Below, piece after piece: positions 19,540-29,408 of a DNA stretch of 64,000 bases. Under the pieces are notes generated by a model. That model was not told the origin of the DNA and did not search any database. It worked only from the letters and a program-made list of their open reading frames with translations. Source of the DNA: an uncultured Planctomycetaceae bacterium (GTDB lineage: Bacteria > Planctomycetota > Planctomycetia > Planctomycetales > Planctomycetaceae). The stretch spans positions 5,753,696 to 5,817,695 of the forward strand of contig OY970228.1 of the NCBI GenBank assembly GCA_963714075.1, read 5' to 3'. Numbering within the stretch: position 1 is the stretch's first letter; every line of letters starts with the position of its first letter. The translations under genes were made by a program, and so were the position numbers.

Positions 19540-22212
19540 ATGGCAACTCAGAATCCGTTTCAGGCGGAGGCTACGCTCAAGACCAAAGGCGGCAGCTACA
19601 CAATCTACCGCCTGCGAAAACTGGCTGAGGATCGCATCGCGGCCGTCGACACGCTTCCCTATTCGATCCGCGTGCTGCTCGAGTCGTGCCTGCGCAACGT
19701 CGACAACTTCATCGTCAACGAATCCGATGTCGTCGAGCTGGCGAATTGGAGCTCGGGGTCACCCAAGGCGGTTGAAGTCCCGTTCAAGCTCGGGCGGGTC
19801 GTGCTGCAGGATTTCACGGGTGTTCCGGCGATTGTCGATTTGGCGGCACTGCGGAGCGCGATGGTGCGGATGGGTGGCGACCCGAAGAAAATCAACCCGC
19901 TCGTACCGTGTGACCTGGTGATCGATCACTCGGTGCAGGTCGATCAGTTCGCCACACCGCAGTCGTTGCAATTCAATGTCGAAAAGGAATTCGAGCGGAA
20001 TATCGAGCGCTACCAGTTTCTGCGCTGGGGCCAGCAGGCATTCAACAATTTCCGAGTGGTCCCGCCCGCAACTGGCATCGTGCACCAGGTGAACCTCGAG
20101 TTCCTGGCGAAGGTGGTCCTCACGCGGGACGGCGTTGCCTTCCCCGACACGCTGGTCGGGACCGACAGCCATACCACAATGATCAACGGCCTGGGGGTCG
20201 TCGGCTGGGGTGTCGGCGGTATTGAGGCCGAGGCCGTCATGCTCGGTCAGCCGCTCTACATGCTCACGCCCGAAGTTGTCGGGGTTAAGCTCACCGGAAG
20301 CCTGCGGGAAGGCGTCACGGCCACCGACCTGGTCCTGATCGTGACTCAAATGCTCCGCAAGAAGGGCGTCGTGGGAAAATTCGTCGAGTTCTTCGGATCC
20401 GGGCTCGATGCGATGAGCCTGCCCGATCGCGCCACTATCGCGAACATGGCCCCCGAATACGGCGCCACGATGGGGTTCTTCCCGGTCGATCAAGAGACAC
20501 TCGACTACATGAAGCGGACAGGCCGCACAGCCGAAGAGGTCGATCTCGTCGACCGCTATTACAAGGAGCAGGGCCTCTTCCGCACGTCGACTTCCCCCGA
20601 TCCGCACTACTCGAGCGCACTTTCGCTCGATTTGGCCACGGTTGAGGCGGCCATGGCAGGTCCCAAACGGCCGCAGGACCACGTGTTCTTGAAAGACATG
20701 AAGTCGCAGTGGCGGAAGGACCTCTCGGGCGCCTTTGGAAAATCGTCCCCCTCGGCTCCGATCCCGGTCAAACTCAACGGCGACTCGGCCAACTTGACCG
20801 ATGGTGCCGTGGTGATTGCCGCCATCACGAGTTGTACCAACACCAGCAATCCCTCGGTGATGATCGGCGCGGGTCTTCTGGCACGCAACGCCGTGCAAAA
20901 AGGCCTCCATCAAAAACCGTGGGTGAAGACCAGCCTTGCCCCGGGCAGTCGCGTCGTCACCGACTATCTCAAGAAGGCCCAACTCGACAAGCCGCTCGAC
21001 GAGCTGGGATTCAACCTCGTCGGCTACGGTTGCACGACCTGCATCGGGAACAGTGGTCCGCTGCCGGAGCCCGTTTCACAAGCGGTGACGAAAGGCGACC
21101 TGGTCGCGGCGGCCGTGCTTTCCGGGAATCGCAACTTCGAGGGGCGAATCAACCCGCAGGTGCGGGCTGCCTATCTGGCGAGTCCACCGCTGGTAGTCGC
21201 GTACGCGCTCGCCGGCACGACCGACATCGATCTCGTTCACGAGCCGCTAGGAAAGGGGCGGGATGGCAAGGACGTCTTCTTGAAGGACATTTGGCCGACC
21301 CAGAAAGAGATCGCCGACACAGTTGCCGCCTCGATGTCTCCCGAGAGCTTTAAGAGCGAATACGCACACGCAACGCAAGGTCCGCCCGAGTGGCAAAAGA
21401 TTTCGGCGGGTTCGGGGGAGATCTACGAGTGGGATGAAAAAAGCACTTACGTGCAGGAGCCTCCGTTCTTCGTCAACATGCCTGAGACGCCATCGCCAAT
21501 CCAGGCGATTTCGGGCGCGAGAGTGTTGGCCTGGCTGGGCGATTCGGTCACGACCGATCACATCAGCCCGGCGGGATCGATCAAGGCCGATTCGCCCGCT
21601 GGACTCTTTTTGCAGCAGCACGGCGTCAAGCCGCTCGACTTTAACAGCTATGGAAGTCGCCGCGGAAACGACCGGGTGATGACCCGCGGTACGTTCGCCA
21701 ACATCCGAATCAAAAATCTGCTCTGCCCAGGAGTCGAAGGGGGCGTGACGCGCTACTTGCCGAACGGGAAGCAGATGTCAATTTACGATGCAGCGATGAA
21801 ATACAAAGAGGACGGCACGCCGCTCATCGTGCTGGCCGGTGAGGAATACGGCACCGGCTCATCGCGCGACTGGGCAGCCAAGGGGACTTACCTGCTCGGC
21901 ATTCGGGCGGTGATCGCCAAGAGCTATGAGCGAATTCACCGCTCGAACCTCGTTGGAATGGGAGTGCTGCCGCTCGAGTTCCGCGAAGGTGAGGACGTCA
22001 AACACCTGGGACTGGACGGCACAGAGACCTTCGACATCAGCCTCGACGAATCGCTCAAGCCGCGGCAAGCCGTCGAGGTGACGGCGACCAAAACGGACGG
22101 CACGCCGGTGCGGTTCACCGCCCTGTGCCGCATCGATTCGCCGATTGAGGTCGAGTACTACCGCCACGGCGGCATTCTGCACAAAGTGCTCCGCGACCTG
22201 GCGAAGTCGTGA
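19540..22212 (+). CDS. acnA: aconitate hydratase A
   Basis: ~890 aa from [25 protein letters not shown]..; Fe-S ligand cysteines (..[10 protein letters not shown].., ..[12 protein letters not shown]..) and SR-containing swivel-domain motifs. Confidence 0.95.
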   Translation: MATQNPFQAEATLKTKGGSYTIYRLRKLAEDRIAAVDTLPYSIRVLLESCLRNVDNFIVNESDVVELANWSSGSPKAVEVPFKLGRVVLQDFTGVPAIVDLAALRSAMVRMGGDPKKINPLVPCDLVIDHSVQVDQFATPQSLQFNVEKEFERNIERYQFLRWGQQAFNNFRVVPPATGIVHQVNLEFLAKVVLTRDGVAFPDTLVGTDSHTTMINGLGVVGWGVGGIEAEAVMLGQPLYMLTPEVVGVKLTGSLREGVTATDLVLIVTQMLRKKGVVGKFVEFFGSGLDAMSLPDRATIANMAPEYGATMGFFPVDQETLDYMKRTGRTAEEVDLVDRYYKEQGLFRTSTSPDPHYSSALSLDLATVEAAMAGPKRPQDHVFLKDMKSQWRKDLSGAFGKSSPSAPIPVKLNGDSANLTDGAVVIAAITSCTNTSNPSVMIGAGLLARNAVQKGLHQKPWVKTSLAPGSRVVTDYLKKAQLDKPLDELGFNLVGYGCTTCIGNSGPLPEPVSQAVTKGDLVAAAVLSGNRNFEGRINPQVRAAYLASPPLVVAYALAGTTDIDLVHEPLGKGRDGKDVFLKDIWPTQKEIADTVAASMSPESFKSEYAHATQGPPEWQKISAGSGEIYEWDEKSTYVQEPPFFVNMPETPSPIQAISGARVLAWLGDSVTTDHISPAGSIKADSPAGLFLQQHGVKPLDFNSYGSRRGNDRVMTRGTFANIRIKNLLCPGVEGGVTRYLPNGKQMSIYDAAMKYKEDGTPLIVLAGEEYGTGSSRDWAAKGTYLLGIRAVIAKSYERIHRSNLVGMGVLPLEFREGEDVKHLGLDGTETFDISLDESLKPRQAVEVTATKTDGTPVRFTALCRIDSPIEVEYYRHGGILHKVLRDLAKS

Positions 22213-22244
22213 CTCGCGGTCGCAGCCGCCGCTGAATCGGTATC

Positions 22245-24131
22245 GTGATGAGTCGTCTGTCGCGGAAAGAGGCTGTGCCCGCATTTGAAGCGCGAAAGTG
22301 GTCCCGCCGCAAACTCTCCCTGGCGGTCCTCCTGGCTGCGATCAGTCTGGCCGTTTATGCGCCAACGTGGTGGTACGGGCCGCTCTCCATCGATGACCCG
22401 ACCTACGTCGTCGACAATGTCCACGTGACCGGCGGCCTCACGTCGCAGAACATGGCCTGGGCATTCACTTCGTCTTACGACGCGAATTGGATTCCTCTCA
22501 CTTGGTTGTCCTTGATGCTCGACGTCGACCTGTACGGCGGGCGTGCGAATGGCTTCCATGTGACGAATACGCTCTTGCACGCGGCCTGCGCCGTGCTGTT
22601 GTTCTTAGCATTGGCCCGAGCGACCGGCAGCCAGCTGCGCAGTGCCTTCGTGGCAGCACTCTTTGCCTTGCATCCTCTGCACGTCGAATCGGTGGCTTGG
22701 ATCGCGGAGCGCAAGGACGTTCTGAGCATTTTTTTCGGGCTGCTCGCCCTGCTGGCCTACGTGCGTTACGCCACCGGTGGGGGACGAATCAATCAGCCGC
22801 TCGCTTTCGTCGGCCTCGCGCTGAGTCTGATGGCGAAACAAACGCTGGTGACGTTGCCGTTTGTGTTTCTGCTGCTCGATTTCTGGCCCTTGGGCCGAAT
22901 CCGAGTGCCCTCTGCGGCCTCCGGCACCAGGGTGGCTGCTGACGCTGCCCGCTCAGCCTCGATCGGCAGCATCATTCTGGAAAAACTTCCGCTGTTCGGT
23001 CTCTCCGCGATTTTCTCGGCCGTCGCCTCGATCGCGCAATCTCACGGCGGCGCCGTCGTTGACATGCTTCCCTTCCACCTGCGATTGATGAACGCGGTCG
23101 TTGTGTACTCGAGCTATCTGGGGAAGACCCTGATCCCAATCAACCTGGCGGTCTATTACCCGCACCCCGGCTACAAGCTTGGTTGGACAGAAGTGGCCGG
23201 ATCGAGCGTTGTGCTGCTGGCGATCTCGGCATTCGCGGTGTTCACTTTGCGCCGCCGGCCGTACGTGTTTGTGGGCTGGTGCTGGTATCTCGGGACATTG
23301 GTTCCGATGATCGGACTCGTGCAGATCGGGGGTCAGCAGATGGCCGACCGCTACACCTATTTTCCCTTGATCGGGATCTTCTTGGCGGTGACGTGGCTCG
23401 TCGCGGAAGTGGTACCCGCCGGAGTGCTCAGAGACCGGCTTCTTCCCGCAGGCGCCGTCGCTGTCGTTGCCGTCCTTGGGGCAGTCGCCTTCCACCAGAT
23501 CAGATATTGGCGTGATTCGATCAGTCTCCTCGGCCACGCGGCTTCCGTCATGCCCGACCATCCGACTCCTCACGAGTATCTGGGTGCCGCGTACTTGTAT
23601 GCGGGACTTCCTGCGAAGGCGATCCCAGAGCTCGAGTCCGCGATTCGGCTCGCGCCGCCTTTCGCGCCGCTTCAATACAAGCTGGCGGACGCACTCGACA
23701 AGGTCGGACGGAGCGACGAGGCACTCGAGCATTACCAGGCCGCCCTCGCGCTCGACGAAAGCTCGGCCAAGATGCACAACGATTTTGCCGTTTTGCTCAT
23801 GAGCCGCCATCAGGACGCGGAGGCCAGGCAGCAACTCGAGCGGGCACTGCAGCTCGATTCGAACCTTGCTAATGCCGAAGCGAATCTGTCGCTGCTCTGC
23901 GCGAAGACGCACGACTATGCCGGCGCCATTGCTCACGGCGAACGGGCCCTCCAGCTCGATCCGAAACAGATCGACTGTTATCACTACATCGCGGTGGCGC
24001 TCCGCGGGGAGGGGAGACTCGACGAAGCGATCCGCGAGCTCGAGCTGCTGCTCAAAGTTGCCCCCGAATATCAGGTCGCCCGCAAGGAGCTCGAAATCAC
24101 GCGGGCCATGCAAAAGCGCCAGCGCCGATAG
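22245..24131 (+). CDS. TPR-repeat protein with N-terminal polytopic membrane domain (DUF1736 / PMT-TMTC-like)
   Basis: 628 aa; N-terminal ~400 aa strongly hydrophobic with conserved ..SIDDPTYVVDN.. start typical of TMTC/PMT_2-like bacterial proteins, C-terminal TPR repeats (..YQAALALDESSAKMHNDFAVLL..). Confidence 0.75.
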   Translation: MMSRLSRKEAVPAFEARKWSRRKLSLAVLLAAISLAVYAPTWWYGPLSIDDPTYVVDNVHVTGGLTSQNMAWAFTSSYDANWIPLTWLSLMLDVDLYGGRANGFHVTNTLLHAACAVLLFLALARATGSQLRSAFVAALFALHPLHVESVAWIAERKDVLSIFFGLLALLAYVRYATGGGRINQPLAFVGLALSLMAKQTLVTLPFVFLLLDFWPLGRIRVPSAASGTRVAADAARSASIGSIILEKLPLFGLSAIFSAVASIAQSHGGAVVDMLPFHLRLMNAVVVYSSYLGKTLIPINLAVYYPHPGYKLGWTEVAGSSVVLLAISAFAVFTLRRRPYVFVGWCWYLGTLVPMIGLVQIGGQQMADRYTYFPLIGIFLAVTWLVAEVVPAGVLRDRLLPAGAVAVVAVLGAVAFHQIRYWRDSISLLGHAASVMPDHPTPHEYLGAAYLYAGLPAKAIPELESAIRLAPPFAPLQYKLADALDKVGRSDEALEHYQAALALDESSAKMHNDFAVLLMSRHQDAEARQQLERALQLDSNLANAEANLSLLCAKTHDYAGAIAHGERALQLDPKQIDCYHYIAVALRGEGRLDEAIRELELLLKVAPEYQVARKELEITRAMQKRQRR

Positions 24132-24282
24132 CTCGCTTCGGGACCGATGCTTGGCACCGACCACCCGTGTTTTCGGCATTGGGGCCGTCGAACGCCGCTT
24201 GCCGGCCGGGCGGACTTCTCCTATCCTTGCGGCCAATCAGCCTGTCTCACCGATCGCAAACAAGACATCCGAGGGCCATCGC

Positions 24283-25080
24283 TTGAGCGGATCCGGCATT
24301 GCGTCACGCTCCGACGAACCGTTGATCGCGGTTTTTATCGACTTCGAGAACCTGGCCATCGGCGTGCGCGGCATGAAGTCGGGTGATTTTCGCATTCAGC
24401 TTGTGCTCAAGCGATTGTTGGAAAAAGGACGGATCGTCTTCAAACGGGCCTATTGCGACTGGAGCCATTACCGCGACGCCATTCGCGAGTTCCACGCTCA
24501 GGGCATCGAACTGATCGATATTCCCCAGAGCAAGATGAGTGGCAAAAACAGCGCCGACATCCGCATGGTGGTCGACGCCATGGACCTCTGCTATTCCAAG
24601 AATCACATCGACGTCTTCGCGCTCGTTTCTGGCGACAGCGATTTTTCGCCGCTGGTTTCCAAGCTCAAGGAAAACAACAACCGCGTGATCGGCTGCGGCG
24701 TGAAAAGCTCGACCTCGGATCTGCTGATCGCCAACTGCGACGAATTCATCTATTACGACGACCTCGTGCGGACGGCACAAAAGGGGGTGGCCGCGTCCGC
24801 TACCGCCCCGAAGAAAGGGGTCAAGCGGCGAGAGGACAAAAAGCAGGAAGCCCTCGACCGCCTGCTGGAAGTCGTCCATTCGCTCGAGCAGGACTACGAT
24901 CCGATCTGGGGCTCGATGCTCAAGCAGGTCATCCGGCGCGTGTACCCCGGTTTCAATGAGGGCTACTACGGCTACAACAGCTTCTCGGAACTCTTGGAAG
25001 ACGCCGCTGCTGGCAACCTGATCGATCTCGAGTTCGATCAATCCCGGCGCAATTATCAGATTCGGCCGAAGAAGGATTGA
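24283..25080 (+). CDS. NYN domain (LabA-like) protein with C-terminal OST-HTH/LOTUS domain; predicted RNA-binding nuclease
   Basis: No ATG available after upstream stop; TTG start inferred (~24283). ..IAVFIDFENL..FKRAYCDWSHY..ELIDIPQSKMSGKNSADIRMVVDAMDL..FALVSGDSDFSPLVSKLKENN.. = NYN/PIN-like; C-term ..HSLEQDYDPIWGSMLKQVIRRVYPGFNEGYYGYNSFSELLED.. = OST-HTH. Confidence 0.7.
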   Translation: MSGSGIASRSDEPLIAVFIDFENLAIGVRGMKSGDFRIQLVLKRLLEKGRIVFKRAYCDWSHYRDAIREFHAQGIELIDIPQSKMSGKNSADIRMVVDAMDLCYSKNHIDVFALVSGDSDFSPLVSKLKENNNRVIGCGVKSSTSDLLIANCDEFIYYDDLVRTAQKGVAASATAPKKGVKRREDKKQEALDRLLEVVHSLEQDYDPIWGSMLKQVIRRVYPGFNEGYYGYNSFSELLEDAAAGNLIDLEFDQSRRNYQIRPKKD

Positions 25081-25092
25081 GCCGGAGGCTTG

Positions 25093-25605
25093 TCACTCTG
25101 TGCGGTCTTCGCCTGTGCTGTACCTTCGCACTAGGTAGACCACTACGAGCCCCGCCGCCAGCCCGTTGGTGATTCCCATACAACCGCCAATAAGGAACGA
25201 TCGCTCGATCATGATCCAAGCCCATTCCCGATTCGTCGAGCTGATCAGCAGCACTAGCGGACAGGAACCGGCCGAGATCGCGCCGACCAGTCCACCTAAA
25301 ACGGCGCCTCCGATCGCTCCGCGGAGATAGGTGGCCTTACCGGCGAAGTTCAGACCGAAATTTGCCGCGGCGGCGGCCGCTCCAGCGCCCACTGTCAGCC
25401 CGATCATATTGCCTAGCACAAGTCGCAAGAAATAAACCGCCCGAAATGTCTGGTCGGCGGGCGCCTCGAGCGGCGGCACACCCCAGGTGGCCACCACGAC
25501 GATTGTGAGCACGTAGGGAGGCATCAAGCCGAAAAACAAGCCGGCCAACGCCGAGAAGATAACCAGCCTGCGATGCAAGTCCGGTTGTGCGATTGAGCTG
25601 GGCAT
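25093..25605 (-). CDS. hypothetical membrane protein
   Basis: 170 aa, 4-5 predicted TM segments, Gly/Ala-rich helices; no domain recognised. Confidence 0.4.
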   Translation of the reverse strand: MPSSIAQPDLHRRLVIFSALAGLFFGLMPPYVLTIVVVATWGVPPLEAPADQTFRAVYFLRLVLGNMIGLTVGAGAAAAAANFGLNFAGKATYLRGAIGGAVLGGLVGAISAGSCPLVLLISSTNREWAWIMIERSFLIGGCMGITNGLAAGLVVVYLVRRYSTGEDRTE

Positions 25606-25613
25606 CGGAGACC

Positions 25614-26291
25614 TTAGTGAGCTTGAGATGAGGGCTGCGCTGTCGCGGAGAGTTCGGCATTCGGCTTAACGGATCGGCTTTTCTTCCGCAGTACGGAAAA
25701 CAGTAGCCGCACGATTCGCTCGACGACGAAAAAATAAATCGTTGCACTGCCGATCATCCAGCTCAGGTAGCTGGCGTGGGAAGCAAAATGGCCTTCCCAG
25801 CCGTGTTGGATTGCGAAGGCGACGTTCACGTTTGGCCCGGCCGGAGTCGCGAGTCGGCAGAGTCCAATCAATCCGACAAGCACCAAAGCGGCCTGCCACC
25901 ACGAGCCCCACGCCATCCCGAGGCGGAAAACTCCATAGAGACCGATGCTGAGCGCAAAGACATGCGTCAGGACCGACGTGGGATAGAATTCTCCTCCTGC
26001 GGCTAGATCCGCTAGCCAGAGCGGAAGTCCCATCAACCCGAGTAGGACCCCCACGCTGTTGATCGCGGCACTGCGTGCGAGTAAGCCTCCACCGACAAAG
26101 AGCGCTGCGACGTGGCAGGCCCAGAATAAGTCGTACCATTCGCCGCGGATGAGATGTACTGCCGCATGAATCGCGTAGCACGCAACAGCGGCGATCCCCA
26201 ACAACGTCGTCAGGTGGCGCGGCGGTCCGTCGATCTTGCTGGCAGAACTCGGGCGATTCGACATCAGCGTGAATTCGCGGTCGAGTGACAA
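25614..26291 (-). CDS. hypothetical membrane protein
   Basis: 225 aa, multiple TM segments, 9 nt upstream of the preceding membrane protein gene (likely co-transcribed pair). Confidence 0.4.
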   Translation of the reverse strand: MSLDREFTLMSNRPSSASKIDGPPRHLTTLLGIAAVACYAIHAAVHLIRGEWYDLFWACHVAALFVGGGLLARSAAINSVGVLLGLMGLPLWLADLAAGGEFYPTSVLTHVFALSIGLYGVFRLGMAWGSWWQAALVLVGLIGLCRLATPAGPNVNVAFAIQHGWEGHFASHASYLSWMIGSATIYFFVVERIVRLLFSVLRKKSRSVKPNAELSATAQPSSQAH

Positions 26292-26397
26292 ATTGGTCCG
26301 AGTAGTCGCTGACTATAACAGAAGGAATGCCTCGCGACGGAAACCGCTTTGATCGACGATTGTCGCGTGAATTGGACGCACCTGCGACAATCGGGGC

Positions 26398-27489
26398 GTG
26401 ACGCCCTTTCCGTTTAGCGCCGAATTGATCGTCGAACGCTACTTGAGCGGCGTGCGGGTCGATACGTTTTTAGCCCGGCATTTTCGCAACTACACACCTT
26501 GGCGGCTACAGCGGATGGTGGCGGCCGGTCAGGTCAAGCTCGACGGAACAACCATTGCCATTGAGGAACGCGTTTACCAGGGCGATACGGTCAGCGTGCG
26601 GCTGATCGAGCCGCCCGACAAGCTGCATCGTCCGCAGCAGTTGCCGCTCGACATCGTGTATGAGGATGGCTGGCTGATCGTCGTCGACAAGCCGCCGGGG
26701 CAGATCACGCATCCGGCGGGTGAAATGCAGACGGGCACCTTGTGCAACGCGCTGCAGCACCATTTCGATCAGCAGACGGCTTGTCCCGGCTTGCTGCGGC
26801 CCGGAATCGTCCACCGGCTCGATCGCATGACAAGCGGGCTAATCGTCATCGCCAAAGAGCACCTGGCGCATCGGCAGCTTTCGATCCAGTTCCAGCGCGA
26901 GCGGATTTGCAAAAGCTATTTCGCGCTGGTCGAGGGCGTGTTGGAGAACGACCGGGGAACGATCGACGTGCCAATCGGCACCTCACCGGATGCGGGCAGC
27001 GTGCTGATGTCGTGCAGTCCCGACGCCGGTGACCGGCGCCCGTCGCACACCGATTATGAGGTCATCGCGCGCGGCGCTCCGCACACGCTCGTACGTGCCC
27101 GGCCGCGGACTGGCCGAAATCATCAAATCCGCCTGCACATGGCCTCGATCGGCCACCCGGTCGTCGGCGATGAGTTCTACGGTCCGTTTGGTGCGATCAA
27201 GCTCAGCAAGGCGGAATACCAGGCGCTGTGCGCCCGCCGTGCAAACGGCCAAAGCAACGAAGACGATACGGCCGATCCCACCGGCCGCCACGCGCTGCAC
27301 GCGCACCGCTTGGAATTCGAGCACCCGATTCTAGGCGGCCGCATTGCGTTCGAGTCGCCGTTGCCATTGGACCTGCAGCTGCTCGTCGGTGAACTTCCGA
27401 TTCACGACTATGTCGCGGAGGCGAGTTCGAGCGTTGCCGCGGGCTCAGTGCGTGCGGCCTCACCCTCCGCGTTGCACCAGCGGTCGTAG
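26398..27489 (+). CDS. RluA family pseudouridine synthase (RluD-like, S4 domain + catalytic domain)
   Basis: 363 aa, GTG start; catalytic ..HRLDRMTSGLIVIAK.. Asp motif and ..GRNHQIRLH.. motif. Confidence 0.8.
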   Translation: MTPFPFSAELIVERYLSGVRVDTFLARHFRNYTPWRLQRMVAAGQVKLDGTTIAIEERVYQGDTVSVRLIEPPDKLHRPQQLPLDIVYEDGWLIVVDKPPGQITHPAGEMQTGTLCNALQHHFDQQTACPGLLRPGIVHRLDRMTSGLIVIAKEHLAHRQLSIQFQRERICKSYFALVEGVLENDRGTIDVPIGTSPDAGSVLMSCSPDAGDRRPSHTDYEVIARGAPHTLVRARPRTGRNHQIRLHMASIGHPVVGDEFYGPFGAIKLSKAEYQALCARRANGQSNEDDTADPTGRHALHAHRLEFEHPILGGRIAFESPLPLDLQLLVGELPIHDYVAEASSSVAAGSVRAASPSALHQRS

Positions 27490-28865
27490 CTCAACTTGTT
27501 GAATCCGTCGAACGCAGCGACCTTGTAGCATTCCGCCATGGTCGGGTAGTTGAAGACCGTGTCGCGGAAGTAGTCGATGGTGCCGTCGAGTGCCATCACT
27601 GCCTGGCCGATGTGCACAATCTCGGTGGCCGCCTCGCCGATGCAGTGGATGCCCAAGAGCTTGCGGGTGTGCCGGTGGAATAGGATCTTCAGCATGCCCG
27701 TCGTGTCCCCGATGATGTGGCCGCGGGCGATCTCTTTATAGCGGGCGATGCCGACCTCGTACGGGACGCACTCGGCCGTCAGCTTTTGCTCGGTCTGGCC
27801 GACCATCGAGATTTCGGGAATCGAAAACAGCCCGTACGGAAGATGTTTGCAGGCCTCGAACGGCTGGCCGAAGGCATGGCAGACGGCCCGGCGACCCTGT
27901 TCCATCGAAACGCTCGCCAGGGCGGGGAAGCCGACGACGTCGCCGACGCCGTAGATGTGCGGCACCCAGGTCTGGTTGTTCTCGTTGCACCAGAGCCTTC
28001 CGCGCTCGTCCGGCTCAAGCCCGGCCGCCTGGAGGTTGAGGTCAGCCGTGTCGCCCACGCGTCCGACGGTAAAGAGCACCGTCTCGCCCACGAGCCGCTT
28101 GCCGCTCTCGAGTTGGACGAAGACCATTCCCTGCGGAAGTTTTTGGATGCCGACGACGTCCTCGCCGAGGCGGAAAACAATGCCTAGCGAGCGAGCGTGA
28201 TAAATCAGCGTGTCGACGATTTCAGCGTCGCAAAACTCCAGGATCCGCTCGCGGCCGTCCACGACGGTGACTTGGACGCCCAGCGTGGCCAGCATGATTG
28301 CATACTCAATGCCGATGACGCCGGATCCGACCACGATCATTGAGCGCGGAATCTGCTCGACCTGCAGTAGCTCGTCGGAGTCGAAGATACGCTTGCCGTC
28401 AAAGGGAATGTGGCCCGGACGCGACGGCTTCGTGCCGACCGCAACCAAGATGTTGTCGCCTCGCAGGACCCGCGAACCGTCGTTCGAGGTGACCTCGACT
28501 TCGTGGGGACCGACGAACCGCGCCGCGCCCGAGAACAGGTCGACGCGGTTGCGCTGCAACTGGTCCTGAACGACGTCAACCTCGTGCTGGGTCACCTGCT
28601 CGAGTTTGCGGCGGAGGTCGCTCATCGTCACCTGCCGCTTGCGACGGTAGGCGTCCGCGTAAATCTCCCGCTGGCGATATCCGGTGAGGTGCAGGATCGC
28701 CTCGCGCATCGTTTTCGACGGGATGGTGCCGGTGTGCAGGCAGACACCCCCCATCGCGTCGACGCGCCGTTCGACAATCGCCACGCGCTTGCCGAGCTTC
28801 GCGGCGCAGATCGCGCCCTTCTGTCCGGCAGGTCCGCTTCCAATGACAAGCAGGTCGTAGTTCAT
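27408..28865 (-). CDS. sthA: Si-specific NAD(P)(+) transhydrogenase-like flavoprotein (SthA/UdhA family)
   Basis: Start at MNYDLLVIGSGPAGQ.. ; ..GGVCLHTGTIPSK.. (single Cys as in SthA rather than the CxxxxC of dihydrolipoamide dehydrogenase); two Rossmann GxGxxG motifs; 3' end converges on and overlaps rluA-family gene. Confidence 0.7.
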   Translation of the reverse strand: MNYDLLVIGSGPAGQKGAICAAKLGKRVAIVERRVDAMGGVCLHTGTIPSKTMREAILHLTGYRQREIYADAYRRKRQVTMSDLRRKLEQVTQHEVDVVQDQLQRNRVDLFSGAARFVGPHEVEVTSNDGSRVLRGDNILVAVGTKPSRPGHIPFDGKRIFDSDELLQVEQIPRSMIVVGSGVIGIEYAIMLATLGVQVTVVDGRERILEFCDAEIVDTLIYHARSLGIVFRLGEDVVGIQKLPQGMVFVQLESGKRLVGETVLFTVGRVGDTADLNLQAAGLEPDERGRLWCNENNQTWVPHIYGVGDVVGFPALASVSMEQGRRAVCHAFGQPFEACKHLPYGLFSIPEISMVGQTEQKLTAECVPYEVGIARYKEIARGHIIGDTTGMLKILFHRHTRKLLGIHCIGEAATEIVHIGQAVMALDGTIDYFRDTVFNYPTMAECYKVAAFDGFNKLSYDRWCNAEGEAARTEPAATLELASAT

Positions 28866-29408
28866 GGCTATCGCATCCATGTCGAGGGGGATCGGGCCGT
28901 GAAGTATCGACGCCTGGGCAAGGAACGCAATTTGAAAAGACCTGTCCGGTCGCGTAAGAACGCCTTGCTCGGTAGACCGTACGAGTTATGCCGGACTTGC
29001 GGCGCTCTTCGGGCAGGCTGCAACGGCTTGTCGAGCCCGAGTTTTCCTTCGCGGAGGTCGAGCGCAGCCCGCCGATCCGACCAATGAGCCGCCGCTTTCG
29101 TGGACCGTCCCACCCGGGCGTTTAGTGCCGTAATCTCCGCGGATTCCGATTAGATCGATTGCGTAACACCCGAAGGAATCGGGGTTTGGTTCGAATGGGC
29201 GGAAACGTCCAATCGACGTGATCCGCTTGAACGCAGACTACGTTTATGGATATCACTGGCGCAGCCGGGACGCGATTGGGTCGAGAAAGGCGGCAAGATG
29301 TCACGTTTTGGCCCCCTTGCGAATCGCGGCCGACTTGGACCGTCGGTTCTCCGTTCGGCCGCACGTTTTGTAGCCGCGTCGTTCCGCCTCATGCCGGGAT
29401 AGGAGCGC

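Noticed and set aside
27408-27489. ~80-nt convergent overlap between the rluA-family and sthA 3' ends as a regulatory antisense arrangement
   Set aside because: More likely the rluA-family ORF is over-extended into a GC-rich stop-free tail (..SSSVAAGSVRAASPSALHQRS), or an indel error affects it. It is not interpretable without read support.
29100-29240. Possible tRNA upstream of the flotillin genes, from a GGTTCGAAT-like T-loop string
   Set aside because: No acceptor stem or T-stem could be paired around it and no D-loop or anticodon-arm arrangement fits. It is likely a chance match. I could find no tRNA anywhere in the window by eye.
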